Source of the DNA: Octopus bimaculoides
Lineage: Eukaryota
NCBI RefSeq assembly: GCF_001194135.2
Contig: NC_068984.1
Coordinates: forward strand, 43,290,890-43,354,889
DNA length: 64,000 nucleotides
Direction of reading: 5' to 3'
Position 1 is the stretch's first letter. Every line of letters starts with the position of its first letter. The notes beneath the pieces are model-generated. The model had not been told where the DNA came from and made no database searches. It worked only from the letters and a program-made list of their open reading frames with translations. Of the stretch, positions 23,743-36,855 are shown piece by piece. Position numbers and translations under genes: made by a program.

Positions 23743-23770
23743 ATGATCCGATACAATAAGGTGCTGAACA
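23743..23770 (+). CDS. Candidate first coding exon (MIRYNKVLN-) of a small secreted/membrane protein
   Basis: ATG with an in-frame upstream stop; ends in phase 1 at the consensus donor aaca|gtaagt. Confidence 0.3.
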
Positions 23771-24189
23771 GTAAGTAAGCCCGTCACTGAAATACATGGG
23801 ATATAACTGTCATTTCGGCTAGTTCACTTAACTGACAAAAACTCGATTGCATACGAGACAGAGGCACTTACTCGTATTTCACTAGCTCACATTTAATTCT
23901 TCAATGTTTATTAACTTTGGGTGGACAAAAGCACTTCCAAATTATTTTATCTGAGGCCAAGGGAAAAAACTACAGAATTTTTTGTTTCATTACTTTAGGA
24001 TATTGAATAAAACGTGATTTTTTCCAAATACTTGTAATGTCATGTAAATTTTGTTGTCATTGTGTGCAAGTCATGTACTGCAGTTAATAAGCGACACTAA
24101 GTATTTGTTTAATTATTGTAACTATTATATATGATATTTAAATAAAATGTGACATTTTTTCCAGTGATTTTCTCTTCTTTCTGTTGCAG

Positions 24190-24231
24190 TAACTTTTTTA
24201 ACTTTATTTCTGCTCACCATTTTATCTTTTG
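24190..24231 (+). CDS. Candidate 42-nt exon encoding a hydrophobic signal-peptide core (-TFLTLFLLTILSF-)
   Basis: Strong acceptor ttttctcttctttctgttgcag|, donor ttttg|gtaaag, phase 1-1; splices in frame to 23743-23770. Confidence 0.35.
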
Positions 24232-24299
24232 GTAAAGTAAACTCTACCATAATTAAGATGAACACTATAATTTCAATTAATCAAGATTATGCCTGCACC

Positions 24300-24550
24300 A
24301 AAAAGTGGTAAACATTAAACAATGCTTAAATCTGTCACACAAGGCAAGAGTGATAAAAAAAAAAAAACAACTTTTGAAATGGTTTGACAAACCGAAACCG
24401 ATTTGTCCTACATTGAAATGGTAAGTATTTAAGAATAGTTTACGTACGACTATGTTATCCAAGCTAATTTGTTTGTACAAGTGTTTGATTTGGTTGATAT
24501 ATCCAACAACTATTTCGACCTAATCTATCTTGCAGGATTTGCAAAAGCAA
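24300..24550 (+). pseudogene. CR1-type LINE reverse transcriptase remnant
   Basis: DISNNYFDLIYLAGFAKA resembles the D.IYLDFAKAFD motif of CR1/jockey-type RTs. Confidence 0.5.
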
Positions 24551-24565
24551 TGACTACAAACTTTT

Positions 24566-24883
24566 CTCATTATTTGTTTCAGTCATTTGACTGCGGCCAT
24601 GCTGGAGCACCGCATTTAGTAGAGCAAATCGACCCCAGGACTTATTCTTTGTAAGCCAAGTACTTATTCTATCGGTCACTTTTGCCGAACCGTTAAGTTA
24701 CGAGCACGTAAACACACCAGCATCGGTTGTCAAGCGATGATGGGGTGGGGGGACAAACATAGACACACAAACATACACACACACATATACGACGAGCTTC
24801 TTTCAGTTTCCGTCTACCAAATCTACTCACAAGGCTTTGGTCGGCCCGAGGCAATAGTAAATGACACTTTCCCAAGGTGCCAC
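24566..24883 (-). mobile_element. SINE family A, 5'-truncated
   Basis: Tail and body intact; stops at ccaaggtgccac. Confidence 0.9.
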
Positions 24884-24954
24884 ATCTTCAACCTTACCAT
24901 TGCTCTCTTTATCCTTTTATTTTTATATATTTACATATACACACGCTAATATGC

Positions 24955-25250
24955 GACTTATAATCCCCAATCCTGTTCATACAACGACCGGGGCAAACTA
25001 GTCGGTATACAGCACTTACTCGGTATTACCTGTATCCTCTTGGGTTTGGTTAAATCCAATACCCTCCTCAACCTTATATATATATATATNNNNNNNNNNN
25101 NNNNNNNNNNNNNNNNNNNATAACTACATGTGGATTGTTGTCGATTTTTTCCTCCGTCTTTCTTTTCTTTGTCACCTGTTTCAGAAGAGGAGCTTTGCTT
25201 GAAACGTAAAACACCCTTTCTTTCCTTCCCTGAGCGTCTTATTAATATTT
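24955..25250 (+). mobile_element. Penelope-like non-autonomous repeat with a hammerhead-like end
   Basis: Non-SINE repeat around (TA)n and a gap, ending tgtttcagaagaggagctttgcttgaaacgtaaaaca. Confidence 0.45.
25177..25213 (+). ncRNA. Minimal type-I hammerhead ribozyme-like motif
   Basis: Stem I tgttt/aaaca; core CAGAAGA (U4->A variant of CUGANGA); stem II gagc-ttt-gctt; GAAAC; palindromic stem III ACGU; NUH = GUA. Confidence 0.45.
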
Positions 25251-25371
25251 TGCATATATATATATATATATATATATAATGCACGCGCGCAGACACACAC
25301 GCGCACACGCACACCTAATATATTTACAGAATCTTTTGTTCTAATGTTTTGCCTCTTTGTACATCTGCAAG

Positions 25372-25407
25372 TGCTTACTTACGACAAATATTTCGTATCT
25401 ACCAAAG
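25372..25407 (+). CDS. Candidate 36-nt third exon (-LTYDKYFVSTK-)
   Basis: ctaat branch-like site and pyrimidine tract, caag| acceptor, aag|gtaaaa donor, open in phase 1-1. Confidence 0.18.
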
Positions 25408-26559
25408 GTAAAAAACTATATGTGAAGCAAATATTTGGATAAATAAATATTGCACACGTTCATATGTCCATCTTCACTTCAATGTACAGCAAATGGATTA
25501 CAAAAGGTTCATATAGTTTTGTATTATTCTAACTTTTAATCTAGTTTAGTGATCCGTGGAGACGAAAAATTGACAGATGAATGTAGGGTAGCGTCTCTAA
25601 GTCTCGTTTCCCTGTCAGTATCTGGTGATGACATGTCAGATTTTGAGACTGATTGCCTCTGTTGGCCACCGGAATCGATTTAAGTTATCTTTGACATTTT
25701 ACACATCATCACAGAAGTATAGATTTGGTAAAGATGATGGAGGCAAAATGTTGCTAATAACGGTGGTATTTCATCACATGTAATCAATCTTCTGACATTT
25801 TAGCCTATGGTTATATATATATATATATATNNNNNNNNNNNNNNNNNNNNNNNNNNNNNNNNNNNNNNNNNNNNNNNNNNNNNNNNNNNNNNNNNNNNNN
25901 NNNNNNNNNNNNNNNNNNNNNNNNNNNNNNNNNNNNNNNNNNNNNNNNNNNNNNNNNNNNNNNNNNNNNNNNNNNNNNNNNNNNNNNNNNNNNNNNNNNN
26001 NNNNNNNNNNNNNNNNNNNNNNNNNNNNNNNNNNNNNNNNNNNNNNNNNNNNNNNNNNNNNNNNNNNNNNNNNNNNNNNNNNNNNNNNNNNNNNNNNNNN
26101 NNNNNNNNNNNNNNNNNNNNNNNNNNNNNNNNNNNNNNNNNNNNNNNNNNNNNNNNNNNNNNNNNNNNNNNNNNNNNNNNNNNNNNNNNNNNNNNNNNNN
26201 NNNNNNNNNNNNNNNNNNNNNNNNNNNNNNNNNNNNNNNNNNNNNNNNNNNNNNNNNNNNNNNNNNNNNNNNNNNNNNNNNNNNNNNNNNNNNNNNNNNN
26301 NNNNNNNNNNNNNNNNNNNNNNNNNNNNNNNNNNNNNNNNNNNNNNNNNNNNNNNNNNNNNNNNNNNNNNNNNNNNNNNNNNNNNNNNNNNNNNNNNNNN
26401 NNNNNNNNNNNNNNNNNNNNNNNNNNNNNNNNNNNNNNNNNNNNNNNNNNNNNNNNNNNNNNNNNNNNNNNNNNNNNNNNNNNNNNNNNNNNNNNNNNAT
26501 ATATATATATATATATATACACACATACATATATATATGTATATATGTATATATGTGTG

Positions 26560-26720
26560 TGTGTGTTTGCGTGTGTCTATGTTTGTCCCTCACCATCGCT
26601 TGACAACCGATGCTGGTGTGTTTACGTTCCTGTAACTTAGTGGTTCGGCAAAAGACACTGATAGAATAAGTACCGGACTAAAAACCTTTCAAGGTGGTGC
26701 CCCAGTTGAACGCACTCAAA
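26560..26720 (+). mobile_element. SINE family A 3' half (5' half probably in the N gap 25831-26498)
   Basis: catcgcttgacaaccgatgctggtgtgtttacg...gatagaataagtac...ggtggtgccccag. Confidence 0.85.
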
Positions 26721-29141
26721 TGCCGGGAACAAGATGTGTATATATGCATTGCATATATGTGTGCATGTGTATATGTATATATGTGTATGTCTGTGTGTAT
26801 ATATATGTACATAGGTATATGCATATATGAATGTCCATGCTTATATGCTTATGTGTGTGCATATGCGTATGTATGCTGATCTAATCGAACCCACTTCTTG
26901 TCTTTTATTTTCTCAACTTCGTAATGATCACTGGTTAAGAGACTCATGCGAAATTTGAACTCGGTACGAATAGGGACGTAAATAATTACTGCAAGACATT
27001 GTGTCTGTTGCTCTACTGATTTCGCTTTGAAGAGCTCTCTTTTGTTTATTCATAATAACAAATTCGAAGATATGCTGGAAATCACAAGAAACCTAATAAA
27101 TAAACGGCGGAGAAACGTAACATGATGTATAGACCTGCATACGTGATTTTACATAACAAGACCATAAAGCAAATTAACTGACGGAAGCTGATGACATTAC
27201 AAGAGGAAAATAACTTGTAAGACGTATTATCTTTCAAGAACCTGACTGATGCTACTTCTATAAGATAGTAACTCTATACTGAATCAACTTGTTAGTTAGC
27301 ATCACAATTGATATGATGTATTAGGACCATTCCACTACATTTGCTACTGTTGGTTTTCAAGTCTTATGTTACAAGTGATTGGGAAGACCGATAATTTTTT
27401 AAGGGACGGTGGTAGCTAATTGCACTCTCTTCATCTCCCCCACCACCTCCTGTCCACTGTGTTATTTATTTTTTCTCGTTTCCTTCTCTTTCTTAGAAAA
27501 TGCCATGAAGAAAAATCCTTTCAGGGTGGCGGAGAAAGAACCAGTTTACAAACTGTACAGATATTAGGTCTTATGTCTCTATAGTGATGAGCAAACTAGG
27601 ACTAATAGGTAGATATGTATTTTATATTTTGTAACTGTTATACATGAATATACAGTAAATCTGGTGATAATCTTTTTCCTTCTTTGCTAGTGGGTTTTGG
27701 CTTTTTATTTGTTTCCACATACACTTTATGTAGTTACCCAATACTCTTTTTTAAAAATGTAAATTACATATTTATTAGAAACAACCTCTTCTGATAACTT
27801 TACAAAAATCCTGATAAAGCAAGACAGACTCTTCAATACTGTCAAATATTAATGTGGTTTCAGCGGTGTAATCTTTAAAAAAATGTATGAAATTTCATGA
27901 ACTTTAATTTTAGGCATTGTATCGTATACTTTCAAATAATTTGCAAGATGAATATATCTAACTATGAAGGAATTCTTGCTTCAGCGTAAAACTATGAAGC
28001 TTAGAGTTGTGCTAACGTGAAAGCCTGTTGCACTTTCAAGTTAATGATTAGAAGGTTGGCATATATCGGGTTCGATCGTGTGAACAATCATAGTAAAAAA
28101 TCAGGAAATAATTTTGAGTTTTAACTTAGTGAAGTAGTGGTGCACTACTACTTCTCCCGATTCTAGATCATCTCTGAAGTTAAACTTGCTAGAAAAGAAG
28201 AAAATAACAAACGAAATGATAACAAACGAAAAACTGTACATCTTGAATATGTCAAGGAATAAAAGCGTCGTTTTATATTTTGGTGTGAAAAAGCGAGATA
28301 TGAAATTATACATATGGGGAAATAACTAGTTTTTTAATGTCAAAGATTTGTTCCAAAACTTTGACATTAAAAAAATTCAGTAAAGAATTGGATACACTTG
28401 TTCCAAAGGGAACATCAATAGTTTCAAATAAGCAAAACTTCAGCAGCTGTGTAGGATTCGAGAAGGTAGAAAATAAACGAGATCTATATACAACATACAT
28501 GGAGAAATTTGAATCTAAAGCAAAATAATATAAATAAAAACAATAAACCAATGTAACGAAAGCATGAAATGAACTGAAAACATCCCAAGAGGCAAAGACG
28601 AAAGTCAAAACTTCAAACCTATCCTTCATCAAATACCAGCGTATACAAAGGCCTGAAATGTCAGAAATGGGTACATCTGAAATATATAAAGTTAGCTGCA
28701 ACTAATATAAAAATAGACGTTTCCATGCCATTATCGATGATGGGTTTATTAATTTAGTTTTATTCATTAATAATTGGTTCAGACTCGCAAATTTGTGACA
28801 ATACAATCATGTTAACAGATCAGGCGCTATATTTGTACACCGTCTGACCAAACCACATACCAGCGCCGCTATCGATCGACTACAGAATATATGTGGTCTT
28901 CAGCATTTCCTATTCATTCTGCAAATAGTGCAAATATATTACTTTAATTGTTTACTGCCCATACAGCCATCCGTACACGCACATATACGTGCATACATAC
29001 ACAAAGACACGCATGCGCGCGCTTACACAATATAAATATATGCAAACATTTGAATTCTTAATGATAAACGTGTTCGATTTATTAAAAGAACTGAGTTATA
29101 ACATTCATGTTTATACCACTCGAACTTATCACGCACATATG

Positions 29142-29142
<1 letters not shown>

Positions 29143-29213
<71 letters not shown>

Positions 29214-29338
29214 GCGAGAGAGAAAGAGAAAGAGAGAGCTCTCCTCTGTTGTGAATACTTTGGAGGTCATTACCAAGTCCTTGGCACTTATGTCTGTCTA
29301 TCTATCTATCTATCTAACAATCTATCTATCTATCTATA

Positions 29339-29355
<17 letters not shown>
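29143..29355. repeat. (CA)n, (GA)n and (TCTA)n microsatellites
   Basis: Direct inspection. Confidence 0.95.
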
Positions 29356-29371
<16 letters not shown>

Positions 29372-29934
29372 ATCTAAGTATAATATACACATATTACACT
29401 CGAGCGCACACACACATACATACATACACACACGCGCGCGCACGCACAATGGTTACTGTGTTTATTAAATTGGGACGAATAAGTGATACAAGAGTTAGTA
29501 AGTGAAACTTAATAAATCAAAGCACCAATGTTTTCACTATTGAGTGAAACTGAGAAGTGAAAGGTGACCAATAACCCCGAAGCTTTATCTTAATTACCGA
29601 GATAGATATGTTATATGACGAAAAGCAATAGGCAGACACTACAACTATATTATCTTTAGCTTTTCATCATTTAACATATCCACCTAACTAATTAAGATAA
29701 CCGCGAGGTTGTTGGTGTAAGCACGTATTCTACGATGTAAATGAATAAGGGACAGTGTTAATAGTAAACGCAATAGAAATATTACTGTCTTACATGTATG
29801 TTATTAAAATGAGTTCGTTTTGTTATATCTATTTCTTTTCAGATTTGTCCACATTTTTTAGCCGCTGGTCAACGATGGTGACTGTCTGTCAGATTTATAG
29901 GTAGAAATATAGACACGTTATGAGCGTATACATC

Positions 29935-30027
29935 TTTTATCTTTTACTTGTTACAGTCATTAGACCGTGGCCATGCTGGAGCATCGCCTTGAAGAATTTT
30001 TAGTCGAATGAATCGACCCCAGTACTT

Positions 30028-30066
<39 letters not shown>

Positions 30067-30360
30067 TAGCCTGGTACTTATTCTATCGGCCTCTTTTGCC
30101 GAACCGCTAAGGTGGAAGTAAACACATTAACACCGGTTGTCAAGCGGTGGTAGGAGACAGAAACAAACAAACACACACACACACACACACACACACGACG
30201 GACTTCATCCAGTTTCCGTTTGCCAAATCCACTCAGAAGGCATTTGGTTGGCCCGTGGCTCCAGTAGAAGACGCTTGCCCAAGGTGTCAGGCAGTGGGGC
30301 TGAACTCGGAACCGTATGGTTGGGAAGCAAGCTTCTTACCACACAGCCATGCCTGCGCCT
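29935..30360 (-). mobile_element. SINE family A, full length, with an internal poly-T expansion
   Basis: Family-A tail, body and head; T-run at ~30031-30063. Confidence 0.9.
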
Positions 30361-30667
30361 GATATATTTTATTTCGCTTTTGTATTTGGTTTTGCATGTT
30401 TCTACATACGAGTGAACTAGCATTTTAAAAGATACTTTGTTGCATCTAGGGAGGGTCGTTATACCTCTAATAAGCACACGCACTGGTTCTGGTTCTGGTT
30501 CACGTCGTCATTCATTTTGTGTCCACTCTTCAAGCTCTGTACTAACTACTGCGTCCAATCCTTCGTCCCTAGAAACTTGACCTTCCGGAAATTCCTCCTT
30601 GAACCCGTCGATATGCAACTTTGTTACATAAACCATGAGCACAAAACGTTCTTTCAAAAAACTATAT

Positions 30668-30715
<48 letters not shown>

Positions 30716-31646
30716 TTGTGTATTAAGGTTACCATTGGGTTCATGTTTAGAAAAAATCTTAATATTTTTATCCACCAATGCGGTGTTAAGCACTCATTCT
30801 CATTGTTCGATATTTACGCATATATATANNNNNNNNNNNNNNNNNNTATATATATATATATATATATATATGTATTTACACACACACACACACACATACT
30901 CACATTATATAGCTATTGTATAATCATCCATTTATGATTTTCATCCATATTGTATATTTTTGTTGTTGTTCTTGCTGATGTTTAATTATAATTAACTGTA
31001 GAATGAAATTTAAGCTTAATGCGCTAATGGGTTAATTGAACACATTTACGTTCTGAGTCCAAATCCCACAAGAATTAATTTTATCTTTCAACTGTCCGGT
31101 ATGAATTTAATTCGTACAATTAAGATAAAACCCATTGTAAAATAATGTGTGTATATGTATGAGTAAGTATATATGTAGTATCTCTCTCTCATTCTCCCTC
31201 TCTCTCACTATCCCTCCTCTCTCTCTATATATATGAATGTGTGTGTTTATATATAAGTGTGTGTGTGTATGTTTCTATACATTGATGTGTGTCTGTGTAT
31301 GTATCTATACATAGATGGGTGTGAGTATGCATCTATATATAGATGTGTGTATATGTATGTATGTATGTGTATATATAGATGTGTGTATATGTATGTATGT
31401 ATGTGTATATATATATNNNNNNNNNNNNNNNNNNNNNNNNNNNNNNNNNNNNNNNNNNNNNNNNNNNNNNNNNNNNNNNNNNNNNNNNNNNNNNNNNNNN
31501 NNNNNNNNNNNNNNNNNNNNNNNNNNNNNNNNNNNNNNNNNNNNNNNNNNNNNNNNNNNNNNNNNNNNNNNNNNNNNNNNNNNNNNNNNNNNNNNNNTTG
31601 AAAGGTAACAATAAAATGTTTCAGAACTGTTAGAGAACTGATTTAT

Positions 31647-32660
31647 TTAATCAAAGTACGATCCATGTTCATTTATGACGTTTACCCAACGTTTCTATGT
31701 GTCATATATTCCATTTAAAAAAAAAAATTCATCTTTTGCTGTGATAAACTGTCCGAATGCTTCTATTACCTCTTTTCTATTTAAGAATGTTTTATTACTT
31801 ATGAAAAGCTCAAAAATGCTTAAATAAGTGATGATCAGTAGGAGAGATATCAGATGAATAGGGAGGATGTCGCAAAATCTCATAATTCAGGCTTTGTAAC
31901 TTTTGGACCGTAGCTTGGGGACTCTGAGGAAGTGCATTGTTGTGGAGCAAAATCGGGCCATTTCTATCCTCTAGTCTGGTTACTTCTTTTTCAAATTCTT
32001 ATGCATACAGTCAGTTTCCTGGCAAAACGATGTTGCTGTTACCGTTTTTCCTTGTTGCAAAAATGAATAATGAATCACTCTCTTCGCAGACCACCATACA
32101 GTGACCACTAACTTTCAAGGTTGCAATGGTGGGTTTGGGTAGTGTTTAGGTGACTCTCCTGCATCTAATCGCTGTCCTTTTCTCCTATTGTTGTTAAAGA
32201 ATATCCAATTCTCATCGCAAGTAATGATTTGATGCAAAAATGATCTTTTCCCAGCCGAGAAAGCAATAAGGAGCACACTTTTGAGGCGTCTATTTTTAAA
32301 AAATCTCGTTCAGTTGATGTGGAGCAAACTTATCCGTTTACTTGACTTTCCCAATTTTTTACAGGTGTCCAGAAACAGTTGTGTGAGATGTTTGGTGTTC
32401 TGATGAAAATTTTCGAACCTTTGTTCGAAGCATTTAATCCATCATGCCGAATAACTGATTTTGGACTACCCCTTAGTTTATTTTCAAAGCTATCATCTGA
32501 ACGAAATCTTTAGAATCATCCCTGAACAGTTCTGATGTCAACAAGACCATTACTAAAGGCCCGCTTGATATTCCGTAGAGCTTCTGCGGCAGAATGACCC
32601 AGATTATACTTACACAAGAAAATCATTCAACATAATTTGGTTGTCATCATTTTCATAAGG
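31647..32660 (-). pseudogene. Decayed mariner (D,D34D) transposase
   Basis: LGHSAAEALRNI (HTH region), FLHQIITCDENWIFFNNNRRK, GPILLHNNA (D->N), PPYSSDISPTDHHLF, NKTFLNRKEVIEAFGQFI...HGSYFD*; multiple stops and frameshifts. Confidence 0.9.
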
Positions 32661-33789
32661 TCTGTGGGTACGAATTTTGTATACTAATATTGTTGGGAAA
32701 GGAAAAGAGTCAAGATTAAAAGCAAGGTATACGTAATTGAGTTTTTAAATGACTGAAATAACAAGTAATTAAAAATGCAACATTTCGCGTGAAACAACCT
32801 AATACACACACACACAGACTCACACTCGCACACATATATATGCATGTATAATGTATACGTATGTATATTTGTATGTATATATGCCTGTATATACGTACTA
32901 AACAAATACGCAACAAATACAATAGATTCATCTGTGTGAGCATACTCACACGCCAACATAAATACATATACACACATACTCATATGTATGAAGTCTGATA
33001 TTCGTGATGTCGCCAATTTGTGACAAGTGCTCAAAGCCAGTAGATAATAATAGGATGTGTATGTATTACGTTGGAGCCTACATTACTGCGAATCTGTTCG
33101 TTTTTCATATGTCAGATGATTTTCTGGGCGGAAACCTACCATGACTTTACTATTAATCAAACAAGGAATTGATTGCGTGATGTCAAAAGATTGTATATAA
33201 TACATCAAATAATGCTGTAACGAATTAGTATTTGTGCATGCATGTCTAATATCTTTTTCTATACAGACGTGTATATGTTTATAAACATGCGAGCAGTGAC
33301 ATATGTGAATAGACGTGTGGGTATATTGATGTTTGTGTATGTATATCACTTCACAATCTCGAGCTCTTAGGTTCGATTATACATGCATTTTACCATAACC
33401 TTGGGTAAAACTAAGTTTTGTAAATGAAATTGGGTTGAAGAAACAGTAAGGATAGCTTGTATTTGTTATTCAAAGTGCTACTAGACTTGTACTTAGTCAT
33501 GTTGATTGTATGTGAGACTTATACTAATGGCTAACGTGTCTGTGGAACGAGAGTGCAAACACACATACGCATGCGCGCGCATCAGAGATATTCCACACCC
33601 TGATCTGTATGTATTGTTACATATTCTGCATGTATGAGTTACATACATACGCTGTAGAGATACTGCTAACAATTTCGGACAGTACTTGTTCTTTTTTTTT
33701 TCTGTATCGTGCAGGACGTTTCCCTCTCCAGGCCACGCTACTCTGGACGATATTATTAAAAGAATCTCCAATGTTGCCGGTTTGCCGTT

Positions 33790-34121
33790 AAATCTGGGGA
33801 ACAGCCTGCTCGTGAAATTAATGTGGCTGAGCACTCCACAGACACGTGTACTCTTAACGTAGTTCCCGGGAAGATTCAGCGTGACACAGAATGTGACAAG
33901 GCTGGGCCTTTGAAATACAGGTACTGCAGAAACTGGAAGAAAGATTGAGAGAAAGTTATAGTGAAAGAGTACAGCAAAGTTGCCCACCCCCCTGCCAGAG
34001 CCTCGTGGTGCTTTAGGTTTTTTCACTCAATAAACACTTATGACACCCGGTCTGGGAATCGAAACTGCGATCCTACGACTGCGAGTCCGCTGCCCTAACC
34101 ACTGGGCCATTGCGCCTCCAC
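33790..34121 (-). mobile_element. tRNA-derived SINE family C
   Basis: Reverse strand: gtggaggcgcaatggcccagtggttagggcagcggactcgcagtcgtaggatcgcagtttcgattccc (A and B boxes), then a body unrelated to families A and B. Confidence 0.8.
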
Positions 34122-35793
34122 GCTGAGTTATCATCCGACACCAACGTAACCCGAAAGAAACTATTTTACTTTTCTTCCTTTTGTTTCCGAATATAAGAAG
34201 ATGGCGTACTTTAAGTAACACAAGGAGGTAAGAAACCTATTGCTGAATAAATATAACTCCACCTATATACGTTGAGTGTTACTTCCGTTGGCTTATTCAT
34301 ATATAAAAAGACAGATCCTCGTCGCTGATACCGGAGGTTGTTCTTTAGACTTCAGGCGTCAACGGTCTCCAACATAACGCTCATCTTTGTTAAAGTGGGA
34401 TGCAGGCGTCGTACTTGAGGAAAGTACTTCGTGGGATAGAGTGGTAGCTACAGACGAATTCTTAAAACATTTGTATTTTATCTCGTTTAAATATTTTATT
34501 TCTAAGAAAAATTGAAAACTCTCTAAATACACAGAAACATCTATAGCACCCCTTTGATACTGCCTCATATATTATGGCTGACAGCGGCTGCAAGGCTGGA
34601 GCAAGGGGATGCTGTTGCAATGCTGGAGCAAGGAGATGCTGCTTCTCAGGTTTAAAAGCCGCTGACCTAATGGAATAAATCATAACATGAACTAACTCAT
34701 TCAATGAGTGGTTAGTTGAGGTGATCGTACAAATGAAATACTCATCGCCGAAACTGACAGAAATCTATTTACTTACGTATTTATACATATTATATATGCA
34801 TACATACATATGCGCATACATGCATATATGCATATATATATACACATATATATTTGTATATATGTACGTATATTAGTAGTTTTAGATGTGCGTATCTCCA
34901 TGTATGTGTGTATGTATGTGTGTCTGAGTATGTATATATGTTGTGTGTGTTTTATTTAAAACATTGTTGTTATATATTTTTAGCAAAATACCGAGAAGAT
35001 ATTCAAACTTATAGATTCTATATTTAATGCATTAAATTTATGTCTAAAGACATCCAATATAGATGCATTTATAATCATTTCTCTCTGGTTAAAAATATCC
35101 TGCAGAGGCGTTGGATGGAAAACATAGTGTTTTTCTAGATTTAATATCTTGTAGCATTTAGTTATGTCCCTTCTAGTTTCGAGCTCTATTCCCACGTAGC
35201 CTTTCATCCCGTTGATGAAATAAGCTATTGTAATATACTGATGACTATGCAATCGACTGTACTTCTGCCTTTGAAATTTGTGGCGCAGTGTCAATGACAG
35301 GAACACTTGTTAAAATTATATTTTCAATTCACTGTCGTTTCTTGATTTAAATTCATACTAATCATTGGTTTGGTGTTTTTCTTTTCGTTTTTGCTTTCCT
35401 TTTGTTTCTTTTTGTGTGCTTTGTTTTGACATCATTCATCATCTGAAATGTCAACTGAAATGTGATTACAGACATAACTAATGACCGATATGCATACGCG
35501 ACTGTGTGTGCGTATGTGTAAGTGAAAGAAACATCAGTGATGCTTTATCTCCACGCAGACACCGCAGGAATTACTTAGAGATATTACAAGCTCTTCCCCT
35601 GTCGGTGACTAAACCCATCACGCTGTTAGAAAGCCTTCCGTGTCATCAGCAGGTATCTCAGAGTCACAAGTCTTTCGCCACTTCACCTGAGTGTGACAGC
35701 AAGAACAGAATTAACCTTCGCCTGCAGGAGGAGTTCCAGCTGCGGCCTGTAGTCAACCACAACAACCTTGAGCTGTTCTACCATGGCTGTATA

Positions 35794-35795
<2 letters not shown>

Positions 35796-35845
<50 letters not shown>
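35796..35845. repeat. (TG)n microsatellite
   Basis: Direct inspection. Confidence 0.97.
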
Positions 35846-35847
<2 letters not shown>

Positions 35848-36654
35848 AGACACACTAGCTGAATAGCCCATCGTTGCTAGGCAATTTTTACACTAGAATG
35901 TCTTATATAAATTTTTGTTTATTCCATGTCAGACCATGCCTTCCCCGACAGATAGGCCTCTTGATCAGGACAGATTTGTGCAATTTTTCGCAAAAAAACT
36001 TCATTGAGGTTTTTTTTTCCTTTTTAAATTAATTACATGTCTGTTCGACCGTTATAAAACCAAGAACTACCGGATTAAGCTATTACCGTCCTTTTTATGG
36101 AGAACTTTTTCATCACTTTAACGAATGAGGGTGCAATAAGACATAACTGCAAAGTGTTCTTAGTTCGAATAAATAAGAAATGATGCTTGTGTCTTAGTTT
36201 GCCGAATAACCTGCACAATGAATATTATTATTATAGTGGGTATGGTTTGTATCGAGCCAGTCACACGCTCTTCGTCTTTTAAACTTGTATTGGTCTGGTG
36301 TAACAAGTGTCATGAGCTCAGTAGTTATCAGGATGCTGAAGGGCTGAAGGGTTTCATCTGCCCTAGATCCGTTGGGAGTGTCTGTGAATGACTTTCTTCA
36401 AATAAGCACTTCTGCGGCATGCTAATTGACTTATTGCTGGGATCCTAACAAATGTTACTACTCCGGGTCAGCATAGACTCGGAGTCTAAGAGGTGGTTCC
36501 ACACCCTTCAAAACCCAGGAACTTCTGAACCAGAGCCCCAATACTGATGCAGTTTAAAGTCATACCCAGGACGAAATCATACCGTCCTTTCTAAATGCAA
36601 TGTATTCTGTATTTTGGTAGTATCATATCTTGCAGTGTGGCTCAGTGATATTTA

Positions 36655-36855
36655 TTAAAAATTTTTGGCACAAGGCCGGCAATTTCGAGGGGGAAGGGGT
36701 AAGTCAACTACATCGAACCCCAGTGTTCAACAGGTACTTATTTTATGAACCTCGAAAGGATGAGAGGTAGAATTTGAACTCAGAACGTGAAGATGGACGA
36801 AATGCTGCTAAGCATTTTGCCTGACGTTCTAACAATTCTGTTAGCTCGCCGCCTT
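36655..36855 (-). mobile_element. SINE family B
   Basis: ttttggcacaaggcc...gaaaggatga...gaatttgaactcagaacgt...agctcgccgcctt. Confidence 0.9.

Noticed and set aside
24535-24560. Acceptor tcttgcag| as next exon of the signal-peptide candidate (GFAKAM)
   Set aside because: The sequence is part of a CR1 RT remnant (IYLDFAKA motif) and has no donor before the SINE.
28100-28701. Coding-like purine-rich stretch
   Set aside because: Frames broken by several stops; possibly a decayed retroelement, but no diagnostic motif.
33493-34026. 177-aa minus-strand ORF
   Set aside because: Largely SINE family C body; no recognisable domain.
34050-34121. tRNA-like sequence
   Set aside because: It is a SINE head: A/B boxes present, but no proper acceptor-stem closure, and it continues into the SINE body.
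35540-35790. GC-richer ORF segment
   Set aside because: Only faint similarity to RTE-type ORF2 (SVTART ~ SV.ARI); insufficient to call.
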